Positions 9,988-20,450 of a stretch of DNA of 64,000 bases are shown piece after piece. The stretch lies in assembly GCA_963667175.2 (NCBI GenBank), contig CAXXXF010000015.1:841913-905912 (forward strand), in the 5' to 3' direction. Every line of letters starts with the position of its first letter. Positions within the stretch are counted from its first letter, which is position 1. This DNA comes from Candidatus Latescibacterota bacterium. GTDB taxonomy: Bacteria; Latescibacterota; UBA2968; GCA-2709665. Under the pieces are notes generated by a model. That model saw nothing but the letters and a program-made list of their open reading frames with translations. It was not told where the DNA came from and did not search any database. Both the position numbers and the translations under genes were made by a program.

Positions 9988-12420
9988 GTGAGAGCGATTC
10001 TGTCAGTCGTTTCGTGTGTGTTGGCTTTGGGCGCCAGTACGCAGATTTACGGCAAGGGTACCGTGAGGGGCACGGTGCGCGATGCCACGAACGGTGAGAC
10101 GTTGCCGTATGCCAATGTCCTGATCGACAGTCTCGGCATTGGGGTATCGGCGGACAAGTCCGGCTATTTTGTCATCGGGAATCTGCCGCCCGGGAGACAC
10201 GTGATCCTGGCGAGCTTTATCGGATACACGAGCCGATCCGTCGAAATTGCGATGGCGTCGGCCGAGACCGAGAAGCTTGTGATTGAACTCGAACCGGTGG
10301 ATTTGACAATTGACGAAATAGAAGTCGTCGGAGAGCGCGTGGCTCCAACGGAGGTGACGCCGGTGAGCGCGTTCGGCACGCGCGTAACCGAACTGGCGCG
10401 AATTCCAACCGTGGGACAGCCCGATCTGATGCGCGGCATTCAATTGCTCCCGGGGGTTCAGGCGGGGAGCGAGAATTCCGCGGGGTTGTACGTGCGCGGG
10501 GGCACGCCCGGTCAGAATCTGATACTGCTGGACGACGTGGTCGTATACAACCCGAATCACCTCTTCGGGTTCTTCAGCACCTTCAATCCCGATGCATTGA
10601 AGAACGTGACGCTGATCAAGGGGACGTTTCCCGCGCGGTATGGCGACCGGCTGTCAAGTGTGCTGGATATAACGAACCTGGACGGCAACAGGAAATCTGT
10701 CAATGCCCGGGCATCGGTGGACCTGATCAGCGCGGGATTGACGATCGGCGGACCCGTAGGCGATCGCGGATCGTGGATGCTCTCGGGGCGGCGGACGTAT
10801 GAGGAGGTTCTGAAGTCGCCGCTGTTCAGTCACCTGGTGGACGAGATGTTCAGCACCCGAATCGGGACGATTTCCGCAAGTCCGGGCGCTGGCGGCGGAT
10901 CCTTCGGATTCGGCGGCAGGCAAGGCGAAGGACGGTTTGGCGGTACGCGATTCAACTTCCAACAGCAGACCGGCAGCTTCGAACAGGACTACGGATTTTA
11001 CGACTCGAACTTCAAGCTGAATCTGGACGTGTCCGAGAACGACCGTTTATCCATCAGCGGATACCTGGGCCGCGATGCCCTCGATCTCTCCCTGCCTTCG
11101 TTCCGGCAGCAGACCCGTGATCAACTCATGGATTGGGGCAATCAGATTGCCAGGATCAATTGGCAACGCATCTACACCAACAACCTGATCGGCAACGTGC
11201 AGGTTTCGGCAAGTCGATATGTGTCGAACTTCGACGTCGCGTCCAACCGGAACGCCGATCAGACCGGGCAGGCCGGCGAGGGCCGCCCGGGGCGTGGATT
11301 CGGGTTGAATCGCAACAACGAACTGAACGACCTGACGGTCAAAGCCACGTTCGATCTTTATTCGGGCCCGTATCACACCACGCGTTTTGGCGGTCAGCTG
11401 ACGTCCTACGATGCATTCTACAGGCAGGGAGTGGGCGATTCGGTGCGGACTGGGATTAATACCTCCTCGCTCTATCAGACGGGTTTCCTGGAGCACGTGA
11501 TGCGCATGGGCCGCCTGGAATTGACCCCGGGGATTCGCGCGAGCCACTTCAATAGCGGCAGCTACACCAGGTGGTCGCCGCGTGTTGCCGGCCTGTTCCA
11601 GGTGGACGACAAAGTTGCGTTCAAGGGCGGTTGGGGCATCTACCACCAGTTCGTCAATCTGATTTCGATCGAGGCCAATACGTATGCGACGGATATGTGG
11701 CTGCCGGTGGACGAGACCCTGACGCCCGGCAAGGCGGTCCACAGCGCGTTCGGTCTGATGTTGACGCCCAGCGACGCGTGGCAGGTCGATCTGGAGTTTT
11801 ACCACAAGGGCCTGGAGGACCTCGTGGAATTCCAGTCGCAGGTCCGCCTGGACGATTCAACCCCGCTTTCCGACCTGTTCGCGACCGGAACGGGCACGTC
11901 ATTCGGCGGAGAGCTCCTGCTTCGCAAGACGGAGGGTCGGCTGAAGGGTTGGATTGGCTATACGTTGAGCAAGACGGAACACACTTATGCCAATCTGAAC
12001 CGGGGCGAACCGTTTCCGCCAAAGTACGACCGGCGTCACGACGTGTCCGTGGTGACCGACTATTACGTGGGCAAGGGCTGGAGCGTCAATCTGAACTGGG
12101 TTTATGGAACGGGACAGGCATATACGATACCCGAGGCGCGCTACGAGGTCCGGCAGCCCACGGGCCAGACCTTCGCATACGTCCATGTTTCGGAGAAGAA
12201 CGCGTACCGGCTGCCGGCCTATCATCGGATGGACCTGGGCGTCACGCGTGACCTGAACCTGGGAGGCGTGGAAGGTCAGCTGGTATTCAGCGTCTTCAAC
12301 GTCTATAACCGGCGCAACGTATGGTATCGTTCGTTCGATGCGACGGAGCCGGAAGTGCTGGTCCAGGACGTGTTGTTACAGCCCATATTGCCGAGCATCG
12401 GCCTGAAATTCAACATGTGA
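9988..12420 (+). CDS. TonB-dependent receptor with N-terminal carboxypeptidase-regulatory-like domain
   Basis: Signal peptide, VRGTVRDATNGETLPYANV, plug VRGG...NLILLD...YNPNHLFGFFS, C-terminal YRLPAYHRMDL...FNVYNRRN. Confidence 0.9.
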   Translation: MRAILSVVSCVLALGASTQIYGKGTVRGTVRDATNGETLPYANVLIDSLGIGVSADKSGYFVIGNLPPGRHVILASFIGYTSRSVEIAMASAETEKLVIELEPVDLTIDEIEVVGERVAPTEVTPVSAFGTRVTELARIPTVGQPDLMRGIQLLPGVQAGSENSAGLYVRGGTPGQNLILLDDVVVYNPNHLFGFFSTFNPDALKNVTLIKGTFPARYGDRLSSVLDITNLDGNRKSVNARASVDLISAGLTIGGPVGDRGSWMLSGRRTYEEVLKSPLFSHLVDEMFSTRIGTISASPGAGGGSFGFGGRQGEGRFGGTRFNFQQQTGSFEQDYGFYDSNFKLNLDVSENDRLSISGYLGRDALDLSLPSFRQQTRDQLMDWGNQIARINWQRIYTNNLIGNVQVSASRYVSNFDVASNRNADQTGQAGEGRPGRGFGLNRNNELNDLTVKATFDLYSGPYHTTRFGGQLTSYDAFYRQGVGDSVRTGINTSSLYQTGFLEHVMRMGRLELTPGIRASHFNSGSYTRWSPRVAGLFQVDDKVAFKGGWGIYHQFVNLISIEANTYATDMWLPVDETLTPGKAVHSAFGLMLTPSDAWQVDLEFYHKGLEDLVEFQSQVRLDDSTPLSDLFATGTGTSFGGELLLRKTEGRLKGWIGYTLSKTEHTYANLNRGEPFPPKYDRRHDVSVVTDYYVGKGWSVNLNWVYGTGQAYTIPEARYEVRQPTGQTFAYVHVSEKNAYRLPAYHRMDLGVTRDLNLGGVEGQLVFSVFNVYNRRNVWYRSFDATEPEVLVQDVLLQPILPSIGLKFNM

Positions 12421-12443
12421 GACTGCCGGCGGAGGAACCAATA

Positions 12444-13280
12444 ATGTGCAAATTGCGATTGATTCTGTGTCTGGTTATCGGCCTTGGATCCGGCGCGTGC
12501 AGTACGGCGCCGACAGAGTCGCTGGGGGACTTCAGAGAGACGATCCTCATCGAGGGTTTTCTTCGAGCGGGAACGAACGTATCGGGCTTATTCGTGGGTA
12601 CGACCATGCCGCTTTCGAGCGAATACGATCGTGACGCCAGCGCGGTTTCGGATGCGAACGTAGCGATCACGGTAGACGGCGTAACGCATTCGCTGGCATC
12701 CGTGCCTGACAAGCCCGGCACGTACCACCACCCCGACCTGGTTGTTCAGTTCGGCAAGACGTATCATCTGTCGGTCACAACGGGATTGGGGACGGCGACC
12801 GCGCAGACGACGGTGCCGTTCCCGCCTCAGGCGTCTGGGGCGCCCGTGTTGTATGCAGGCGGTGATCCGTATCGCGTGACGTGGGAAGGCGAGACAAACG
12901 GAGGCTACGTCACTTCCAGGCAGGTGTTGGAGCTATTGGAGCAAATTCCGCCGGAGAGCCAGTTCGGCGGGGGAAGGTTCGGCGGCGGCTTCGGGGGCGC
13001 GGTCGACACCACCGGATTCGGTGCGCTGCGTGACAGTATCGCGCGCGCCGACCAGTGGCGGTTCCTGCAGGGGCAGTCTCAGACCCTGAATCCCATTCAG
13101 TTTTCGTACTATGGGACCTACGCGTTACTCGTCTATTCCCTCGACGAGAACTACGGGGATTTCCTGATCTCGAGCCAGCAGGACGAAGCCGCCCTGGACG
13201 AGCCCCGCTTTCACGTGGAGGGCGGGATCGGGCTGTTCGCCTCCATGGCCGCGGATTCCGTCCTGTTTCGGGTCGAGTGA
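12444..13280 (+). CDS. Putative lipoprotein partner of the receptor (DUF4249-like)
   Basis: GGAGG RBS, lipobox-like GSGAC, IEGFL near the N-terminus and VEGGIGLF near the C-terminus. Confidence 0.7.
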   Translation: MCKLRLILCLVIGLGSGACSTAPTESLGDFRETILIEGFLRAGTNVSGLFVGTTMPLSSEYDRDASAVSDANVAITVDGVTHSLASVPDKPGTYHHPDLVVQFGKTYHLSVTTGLGTATAQTTVPFPPQASGAPVLYAGGDPYRVTWEGETNGGYVTSRQVLELLEQIPPESQFGGGRFGGGFGGAVDTTGFGALRDSIARADQWRFLQGQSQTLNPIQFSYYGTYALLVYSLDENYGDFLISSQQDEAALDEPRFHVEGGIGLFASMAADSVLFRVE

Positions 13281-13359
13281 TCCGGCGATTTCCGAATTGG
13301 CGTCTCCTGCAGAACAATGCGGGAACGGGACCGATTCAGGCGCAGAACGATCCGCCCGC

Positions 13360-13388
13360 TTGACAGCGAAAGCCGATCCGGCTATATT
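13360..13388 (+). promoter_or_regulatory. Sigma70 promoter, copy 1 of a duplicated promoter
   Basis: TTGACA-17 nt-TATATT. Confidence 0.7.
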
Positions 13389-13484
13389 TCGAACAGTTGG
13401 GCGACACCATCCGCCGCAACCTTGAATTCGAAATCATATATTCCCTCTCCCATTCAGTATTGGTGTTGTTGAAAAGGATACAGG

Positions 13485-13697
13485 ATGAACGAAGTGGAAA
13501 CCAGAGTTACGGATCTTGACAGTCGCCAGGCCAGACTCGAAGGCGTCATCGAACAGGTCAATGAGCGCCTGAACAGCATTGACAGGCGTTTGGATGGACA
13601 GCAACAATGGTTGCGATGGATTGTCGGGATCCAGATCACGTCCTTCGTTACACTGGGCAGTCTTATCATTACCGTGGTTTTGAAACTCTATTCATGA
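13485..13697 (+). CDS. Small coiled-coil protein with C-terminal TM helix (XhlA/DUF1640-like)
   Basis: Heptad pattern RLEGVIEQVNERLNSIDRRLD, then WIVGIQITSFVTLGSLIITVVL; aaggat RBS. Confidence 0.65.
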   Translation: MNEVETRVTDLDSRQARLEGVIEQVNERLNSIDRRLDGQQQWLRWIVGIQITSFVTLGSLIITVVLKLYS

Positions 13698-13867
13698 CCG
13701 TTCCCCAAGGCTCTGGATGATTCCAGGCCCATCCTCGATTACCTCCAGAAGTTTCCCGCCATACAGTTTTCCGCAGTCCGTTTTCCTGCACGCTTCCAGA
13801 TTGAAGCTTCAGGACGGTTCTCCATCCCTGTCTTTGCCCACTGTATAGCCTGGAAACTTCGCCCCGC

Positions 13868-13896
13868 TTGACAGGGAAGGCCGATAAGGCTATATT
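13868..13896 (+). promoter_or_regulatory. ssrA sigma70 promoter, copy 2
   Basis: TTGACA-17 nt-TATATT, 40 nt upstream of the tmRNA 5' end. Confidence 0.75.
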
Positions 13897-13936
13897 TCAG
13901 CGGCTCGGGCGGCCAGGCGAATCGGGCTCAATGTGT

Positions 13937-14296
13937 GGGGGCGACCTGGATTCGACGGGGGTGGAGAGGCGATGGCTGCGTGTCGAGGTCCCATAACCTC
14001 GTTAAACCGTGGGAAAATCATATAATTGCGGACGATACGTACGCAATGGCTGCGTAACGAAAACGCGGCCCGTTCCGACGAGCCTCGCCCGCAGGGGTCG
14101 ACCGGAGCGCCGACTTATGCGGGCTGGCTCGCGGACCCCCGTTCGAGGGTGCGAGAGCGAGAGCTGTTCGAGCTGGCGTGCCGGCAACCCCGTTTACCGG
14201 GGCGCCGTCGCGTGAGATTCAAAAGGTAAACTACACACGTAGACGCTGTCGGTGATCTGCTTTCGGACGCGGGTTCGATTCCCGCCGCCTCCACCA
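13937..14296 (+). ncRNA. ssrA: tmRNA; tag peptide (A)ADDTYAMAA
   Basis: 5' GGGGGCG...GGATTCGAC, 3' GGTTCGATTCCCGCCGCCTCCACCA with a G-U acceptor-stem pair; resume frame ataatt gcg gac gat acg tac gca atg gct gcg taa. Confidence 0.97.
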
Positions 14297-14329
14297 ATTA
14301 TCCCACGGCTTGTATTCCATACATATAGA

Positions 14330-14439
14330 CGAACTCAGGGCCGGGCGAAGTCCGTCGCGTCTATTCGCGATTGACGTCACCCGGCCCTGACGCGTTCGGA
14401 ACGCCTGGCGCGGGTTCGCTTTGCTCAGCCGCAACGAAG
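14330..14439 (+). repeat. ~110 bp hairpin-containing direct repeat, copy A
   Basis: cgaactcagggccgggcgaagtccg...cccggccctgacgcgttcggaa...cagccgcaacgaa; near-identical to 25973-26090. Confidence 0.85.
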
Positions 14440-14472
14440 CTTGCAATCGAATGGTTGAGGTTCGCTCCTTAC

Positions 14473-14551
14473 CAGCCCGTTGGAAAAGTCCATCCGGGCT
14501 GCCTGCCTGTGCGTGTCCGCCTGCCTGCCGAGCGACTTTTTCAACGGACTG
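14473..14551. mobile_element. MITE-like element, copy 1
   Basis: Terminal inverted repeats cagcccgttggaaaagtc / gactttttcaacggactg; no coding capacity; second copy at 20855. Confidence 0.65.
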
Positions 14552-14590
14552 TTACGTCAGGGAATGCGCCCGGCTGGATGACGCAAAGGG

Positions 14591-15394
14591 TCATGCCTGT
14601 TCCCCCCTGGACCTACGCCGGTACGTGCGCAATTTCACGTAGGCGGGACGGATGACGAAACCCGTTATCGCCAGTGCCAGGACGGCGATGCTCAGCGCGT
14701 CCACGTAGATCCACTCACCCTCGGGGCCGAAGAGGGCTTTGCCGGTGTGCAGGTCCAGAACCAACTTGCTGAAGCTGACGACCTCGGGAAGGGGGACTTC
14801 GACCATGGTTGCGTTCACGGCGGTCAGTTCCGTCCAGGTCGCGCCCAGATCCGCGGTGACGAAGAGGCCGTTGCTGCCCTGTATGTGGACGATGCGACCA
14901 TCTTCTGCAAAGGTTGCCGCCCCTCTGAAGTTGGAAATGCGCTTCCACTGCTCCGCCTCGAAGAGCCAGGTGCTTTCCCGCGTGCCGACCAGGATGCGCT
15001 CTCCCTGTTGGTCGATGTTGAAGACGTCCAGGCCCTCCAATTGCGGAACGCTGCGGGTTTCGCTCCCACTCAGATGAAGCAACCCCTTGCGCGTCCCGAT
15101 GTACACCTCCTCATTGCCCGAAAGCAGGGCGCACTTGATCTGTCCCAGGCGACTGGCGGTGGTGTGGTAGCCGGGAAACCACCGGCTGGGCACTCCGACG
15201 CTGCCCAGGCCCCAGCCACTGAGATGCTCCAGCAGGATCGCGGTCACGCACACGAGCACCGTGAAGACCAGTGCGAAGATGGAGGTCCAGGCATGCCAGC
15301 GGCGAACGCCTTTCTTGTAGCGTCCCTTCACTTGTCGGCGGCCCCGGGCCGTGCTCTCGTTCATCGCTTTTTTCTCCTCAAAGGACGCATTCAC
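14591..15394 (-). CDS. PepSY-associated TM helix protein
   Basis: RRWHAWTS N-terminal helix and C-terminal LDLHTG..FG...D motif; overlaps the stop of the TonB receptor. Confidence 0.8.
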   Translation of the reverse strand: MNASFEEKKAMNESTARGRRQVKGRYKKGVRRWHAWTSIFALVFTVLVCVTAILLEHLSGWGLGSVGVPSRWFPGYHTTASRLGQIKCALLSGNEEVYIGTRKGLLHLSGSETRSVPQLEGLDVFNIDQQGERILVGTRESTWLFEAEQWKRISNFRGAATFAEDGRIVHIQGSNGLFVTADLGATWTELTAVNATMVEVPLPEVVSFSKLVLDLHTGKALFGPEGEWIYVDALSIAVLALAITGFVIRPAYVKLRTYRRRSRGEQA

Positions 15395-17697
15395 AGGCTA
15401 TAGCCGAGTGACAGCAGAAAGTTCCTGGGCGTTCCCGGCATGATCCGGTCACGACGCCATGCGTTCTGGTAGTACCCCACGTCGGTGAGGTTTTTCACGC
15501 TCAGATCCACTCTCAGGGTCTGCAGCCGGTAGGTGAGGGTGGCATCGACCCGCACGTAATCGTCAAGGAGGAAGTCATTGTTCAGATTGCCCTGGCGCTC
15601 TCCGGTATAGATCACGCCCAGTCCCACCGCCAGACCATTCGTATGGCGGTAGTTGCACCACAGACTGGCGCTGTGTACGGGCGTATTGTCGAGATGGTTG
15701 TCCTCCCACGCGGGGCGGTCGGCATCCCTTTCGATGCGCGCGTCCGCATACGCGTAGCTGGCGATAGCACGCAGTTGGGGGATCGGCTGCGCGGTCAGGT
15801 CGAGATCGAGGCCCCGGCTGCGCTGGCGCCCGATCTGAACGCGGTAAATGCGGTAGCGGGGATTGGTTTCGACGACGTTGGCGCGTGCCAGATCGTACAG
15901 CGCCAGCGTCGCGCTCAGGCGGTTGTCGGCATCGGTCCATCGTCCTCCCACCTCCAATTGCGCCGCCAACTCGGGGTCGACCGGTACGACCATGTCCGGA
16001 GTGATCGGTGTGGCGTCGTCCTCCGGTTCATTGAGGATCTTCTCGCCCGACTTCGGCCTGAAAGAGCGGCTGTAGCTGGAGTAAAGGGAGAGACCACCAC
16101 CGGGCTTGTAGACGACGCCCAGGCGCGGACTCAGACTGCCGTCACTGCGGTCGTGGGTTCTGTAGGAACCGCGCTGGTTCGTACGTTCGTCGAAATCGAC
16201 CCCGTCATAGCGCAAGCCCCCCAGCAGAACCCATTGGTCGCCGAGTTCCACCAGGTCCTGCAGATACATGCCCCAACTGGTCTCTTCGCGTTCGCGGTTG
16301 CGGAAGAGGGCGAAATCCTGGGGAATGGTCAGTCCGTAGTACGGCTCCGGATCGTAGATGTCGATCTTCAGCGCGTCGGCATCCGCCGCTTCCGGCGTGC
16401 CCTCTCGATGGACCCGATCGCCAAGCACTTCACGCTCTTTGTAGAAGGAGAGCGCCACGCCCAACAACAGCGTATGCCGCAGAGGTCCCCGCTCCTGCTT
16501 GTAGCTCAGGTCGTGACGCATCGTGGTCTCGCGATAGAAGATCTCGTTGTCGTAAATGGCGCGATTGAGCAGGTTGGTGTCGCTTTCCGGATGTCCTGCG
16601 CCGCCTGGCAGGCCAACGACACCGCCCCGCATGGCTTCAACCGACATTTGCTCGCGATCCCACGTGGTCTTGTAGTGGCTGAGGGCCGACGTGTGCGTCA
16701 GGCTGCGAGTCCAGTTCCGGGTAGCGCGCAGGGTGACCGCGCCGTTTCTCATGGTTTCCTTGTTGTAGAGCGGATCTCCGTAGAAGCGATCGATGGGTAC
16801 CGACGCAGGCTGGTCCAGGATCGCGACGATGCCGGCATCGGCCGTTCTCTCGTCGCGCAACAACTCCAGATTCAGTTCCAGGGCTGTCGATTGAGACCAG
16901 CCCCAGTAGACGGAAGGGTTGACGTACCAGCGATCCTGCTCGACGAAATCGCGGAAACTCTCCGCTGTCAATCGGGAGCCGTACAGCCTGTAAAGCACTC
17001 TTCCCTCGCTGTCGAGCGGACCGGACGCCGAAAATCGGGGGCTGACGTGGCCATAGCTGCCCGCGCTCAGGTGCAACTGGCGCGTGGAGGTTGTAGACGG
17101 CTGGGGGGTAATGGTGTTGATAATCCCCCCCGGCTCAATCGCGCCGTAGAGGATGGAGGCCGGGCCCTTGAGCACCTCCACCCGTTCGAGATTGCCCGGC
17201 TCAGCGGCAAACCGATTGTAGTACGGCACGCCATTGTGGTAGTAGTTGCGCCTGGGATCCAACCGGAAGCCGCGAATGACGAAATCTTCGGAGACTGCCG
17301 AATTCGTACCGCGACTGAAAACGCCGCTCACGTTCTTCAGGCCGTCCCAAAGGGTGGTGGCCTGCTGATCTTCGAGTACCTGTCTCTTGATCGTCAGAAC
17401 GGATTGCGGTGTGTCTTCCAGCGGAATGGGAACCCCGAGAGCCGTGCCGCTGTGGGTGAAGGAATAGCCCGTATCAGGGTCGGCGGAGACGACCAACTCA
17501 GGCAGGGTATACACCCTTGTTTCCTGCGAGGAATAGCCCGTGTCGGGTTTGGCGGAGACGACCGAGGCGGTCGCGACTGCTTCGTGTTCGGCCCAGGCGG
17601 GACTGCACAGGGGGCTGAGGATCACGGCCGCGGAAAAGGGAATGGTTCGAACTCTTGACGTGCTCAGCAACAACCAGAACTTCCGGAACGCTTGCAT
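15391..17697 (-). CDS. TonB-dependent siderophore/metal receptor
   Basis: DTPQSV, IRGF, ERVEVLKGPASILYG..EPGGIIN, KNLTD..YY, PGTPRNF; AGGAGG RBS before ATG 17697. Confidence 0.92.
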   Translation of the reverse strand: MQAFRKFWLLLSTSRVRTIPFSAAVILSPLCSPAWAEHEAVATASVVSAKPDTGYSSQETRVYTLPELVVSADPDTGYSFTHSGTALGVPIPLEDTPQSVLTIKRQVLEDQQATTLWDGLKNVSGVFSRGTNSAVSEDFVIRGFRLDPRRNYYHNGVPYYNRFAAEPGNLERVEVLKGPASILYGAIEPGGIINTITPQPSTTSTRQLHLSAGSYGHVSPRFSASGPLDSEGRVLYRLYGSRLTAESFRDFVEQDRWYVNPSVYWGWSQSTALELNLELLRDERTADAGIVAILDQPASVPIDRFYGDPLYNKETMRNGAVTLRATRNWTRSLTHTSALSHYKTTWDREQMSVEAMRGGVVGLPGGAGHPESDTNLLNRAIYDNEIFYRETTMRHDLSYKQERGPLRHTLLLGVALSFYKEREVLGDRVHREGTPEAADADALKIDIYDPEPYYGLTIPQDFALFRNREREETSWGMYLQDLVELGDQWVLLGGLRYDGVDFDERTNQRGSYRTHDRSDGSLSPRLGVVYKPGGGLSLYSSYSRSFRPKSGEKILNEPEDDATPITPDMVVPVDPELAAQLEVGGRWTDADNRLSATLALYDLARANVVETNPRYRIYRVQIGRQRSRGLDLDLTAQPIPQLRAIASYAYADARIERDADRPAWEDNHLDNTPVHSASLWCNYRHTNGLAVGLGVIYTGERQGNLNNDFLLDDYVRVDATLTYRLQTLRVDLSVKNLTDVGYYQNAWRRDRIMPGTPRNFLLSLGYSL

Positions 17698-17734
17698 TTC
17701 TCCTCCTGTCGTGTGCGCGTATGCGCATGGGTTA

Positions 17735-17756
17735 TGATAATGAGCACTCATTATCA
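17735..17756. promoter_or_regulatory. Fur-family operator
   Basis: Palindrome TGATAATGAG-CA-CTCATTATCA upstream of the receptor. Confidence 0.8.
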
Positions 17757-17916
17757 ATTAGAAATAGAATTCACGATCACATCCGTACCCTTCTTTCCAT
17801 GATCGAGGGCACAGGATCACAAAGACAAGCGGATGTTCGGTCTCGCGGCCGACCGACCGTCCTGGCGGCCACCGGACATGGCAGGAGCGCACCCACCGGA
17901 AAGCCCGCTTCTAAAC

Positions 17917-17937
17917 GATAATGATAATTCATTATCA
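17917..17937. promoter_or_regulatory. Second Fur-family operator
   Basis: GATAATGA-TAAT-TCATTATCA. Confidence 0.75.
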
Positions 17938-18044
17938 CTAAATAGGCAAGCGAAAATATCTGGAATACCGGCTGTGCGCAGCCCTTCGGGAAGAAGCGAT
18001 TCTCAGCTATCGCGTCTTTCACCTGGAGGCCCCGTGGACCGGCG

Positions 18045-19070
18045 TCAGGCCGCCGGCTGGACCTCGAAGATGACCACCTTGCCATCTCGCTGTCCAACCG
18101 CCAGCTTGCCCCCACTGCGCCACCGCAAGCAACTTGCAGGTGATGAAAGCAGAAGCCCGCCAATGACCTTGTTGTGCTCCATGGGGTCCCACAAAAAGAG
18201 CGATCCATCCGCATCTGCCGATGCCAGCAACTTCCCATCGGGCTGAAAGACCAGCTGAGTCAGCTTGCTGGAATGCGCGTCGTACTGACGTGGTTTCCGG
18301 CCCGCCGGCCCTTTCCCGCTGCAATCCCACAGACAAACCGATTCGCCGCCGCCGGTTGCCAGCCATCGCCCGCTGGAATCCCAACTCAACTCGAGCACCT
18401 TGGTGGGGAAGCCCCACATCTGCGCGTCGTCGCCGGACTTCACATGCCAGAAATGGACCGTGGAATCCTGTTCCCCGGTTGCCATGTACTTCGCGTCGGG
18501 ACTCCATGCCAGGACAAGGCTCGAACCCTTCCAGGTGTACTTCCGCGGCCGACGCTGCCTGCCGGGCACATGCAGGGTGATCCCGTTGTAAGCAGCCGCG
18601 GCTACCCCGGATCCGTCAGGATTCCATCCTACGTCAGCGATTGTGCTTGCATGTTCAGAAGACTCATAGAAGGGCTCGCGTTCGTCGTTCCAAACCTTGA
18701 GATGCCGGCCGGCAGCCGTTGCCAGAACATTGCGACGAGGATTGTAAACCGCCCTGGCGACCCACGGATCGCCCGCGTGCAACTCGCGTAGAAGCCGCCC
18801 CGATTTCGCGTCCCAGGATTTCACCATCCCGTCGTGCCCGGCCGTGGCGAACTCCGTCCCGTCGGGACGCCAGGACAGCGAATTCGCGCCCCCGGCATGG
18901 TGGCCAAGGAGCCTGGGTTGTGCCGAATCGCCGTGGTCTTCGATCAGGGACACCGAACCTTCCACCGTCACCGCGGCCAGCCTGGACGCATCGGGAGACC
19001 AGGCGATATCGATGATATAGTCGTCCAACGCGACACACCAGGATTCCGCGAGCAGTCCCTCGTTCAGCAT
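18045..19070 (-). CDS. WD40-repeat beta-propeller protein
   Basis: Repeats of WSPD/WRPD..ATAGHDG.VK.WD; directly downstream of the COG0523 gene. Confidence 0.85.
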   Translation of the reverse strand: MLNEGLLAESWCVALDDYIIDIAWSPDASRLAAVTVEGSVSLIEDHGDSAQPRLLGHHAGGANSLSWRPDGTEFATAGHDGMVKSWDAKSGRLLRELHAGDPWVARAVYNPRRNVLATAAGRHLKVWNDEREPFYESSEHASTIADVGWNPDGSGVAAAAYNGITLHVPGRQRRPRKYTWKGSSLVLAWSPDAKYMATGEQDSTVHFWHVKSGDDAQMWGFPTKVLELSWDSSGRWLATGGGESVCLWDCSGKGPAGRKPRQYDAHSSKLTQLVFQPDGKLLASADADGSLFLWDPMEHNKVIGGLLLSSPASCLRWRSGGKLAVGQRDGKVVIFEVQPAA

Positions 19071-19078
19071 AGAGAGAT

Positions 19079-20422
19079 CTACGCCAAGCATGCGCTGAAC
19101 CCTGCATTGAGTGCCTCGCGATCCAGATTGCGACCGATAAAGATCAGCGAGTTGCTTCGCTCCCCCTCGCGCCACGGTCGATCCACGCGACCGTCGAACA
19201 GCATGTGAACGCCCTGGAACACATACCGTTTCTCTTCGCCGCCAAACGCCAATACGCCTTTCATGCGGAAGATGTCCGGACCCTGGTTGGCAAGCAGATC
19301 TTGTAACCAGCCTTCAAACTTCTTGAGATCCAGATCGCCTGGCGTGTTGATTGCCACCGACGTTACGTCTTCGTCATGCTCGTGGTCCGGCTTGTATTCG
19401 CGCGTGAACAGAGCTTCGACGCGATCGCCTTCTCCGTCGCTAACGAAAGCTTCGAACTCATCAGGATGATGCTCGGTGAATAGCGTGTAGGCGCCCGCCA
19501 CCGGGGCTCGCAACACGTAAACCAATTCGTCTCCTTCAAGATCGATTTGGCTCAACTGCTCGCCCGGTTCGATCACCGCGCCGGATTGCAGGTCGATTTC
19601 ATCGTCCGAGAAAACGAGCACCGCCTCTTCGACGGTGTCACGCATGGCCGACTCGGTCGCCGCCGAAGCGGACCGAAAACTCAATTTCATCGCTGGGTCC
19701 GGGCCGGGCTTCAGCACCAATCGATGGTCGCCCGCTGGAAGGTCGAACAGACCACTCCATTCAAACGGATACTCGGGTTCCATGAATTTCGGATCGACGT
19801 CGAGAGCCCGATCCAGATCAAAACCACCGAGATTGAGCACCCTGTCCATGTCGATCGCTGCGTCGCGGGTGCGAAAAATCCTGGCCGCCGCGTTCATCGA
19901 GTGAATTCGGGATTCCAGTTGGTCAAGCTCGGCGGATGAAACCAGATCGACTTTGTTCAGTAGAATCACATCGGCGAACGCGATCTGCTCCCTCACTTCG
20001 TCGCTGTCGTCGATATGCAAGAGCACATGCTTGGAATCGACCAACGTAACGACGCCATCGAGGCTCAGTGCCTCGCGGAGCTCGTCATCCATGAAGAACG
20101 TCTGCGCGACCGGCCCCGGATCAGCCATCCCGGTCGTCTCAATCATGATGTGGTCAAACCTGTCCCGACGTTTCATCAAATTGCCGAGGATGCGAATCAA
20201 GTCTCCCCGGACGGTGCAACAGATGCAGCCGTTGTTCATTTCGAAGATCTCTTCTTCAGCTCCGATCACCAGGTCGTTATCGACGCCAATCTCACCGAAT
20301 TCGTTTTCGATCACGGCAATTCGTTTGCCGTGGTTTTCGGATAGAATTCGATTGAGCAAGGTGGTCTTGCCGGATCCCAGGAATCCGGTGAGTACGGTTA
20401 CGGGAACAGTCTCTTCCGTCAT
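19079..20422 (-). CDS. COG0523/CobW-family metallochaperone GTPase
   Basis: [46 protein letters not shown] and CobW_C (FRMKG...FQGVH...FIGR). Confidence 0.95.
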   Translation of the reverse strand: MTEETVPVTVLTGFLGSGKTTLLNRILSENHGKRIAVIENEFGEIGVDNDLVIGAEEEIFEMNNGCICCTVRGDLIRILGNLMKRRDRFDHIMIETTGMADPGPVAQTFFMDDELREALSLDGVVTLVDSKHVLLHIDDSDEVREQIAFADVILLNKVDLVSSAELDQLESRIHSMNAAARIFRTRDAAIDMDRVLNLGGFDLDRALDVDPKFMEPEYPFEWSGLFDLPAGDHRLVLKPGPDPAMKLSFRSASAATESAMRDTVEEAVLVFSDDEIDLQSGAVIEPGEQLSQIDLEGDELVYVLRAPVAGAYTLFTEHHPDEFEAFVSDGEGDRVEALFTREYKPDHEHDEDVTSVAINTPGDLDLKKFEGWLQDLLANQGPDIFRMKGVLAFGGEEKRYVFQGVHMLFDGRVDRPWREGERSNSLIFIGRNLDREALNAGFSACLA

Positions 20423-20450
20423 TGTCTTTTCCTCCTCTGGTACTGGATGA

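Noticed and set aside
14002-14297. Small ORFs over the tmRNA
   Set aside because: Explained by ssrA; only the tag frame is meaningful.
17461-17563. Short internal duplication (VVSA.PDTGYS twice) in the TonB receptor N-terminus
   Set aside because: Real but likely a neutral local duplication; no further pattern.
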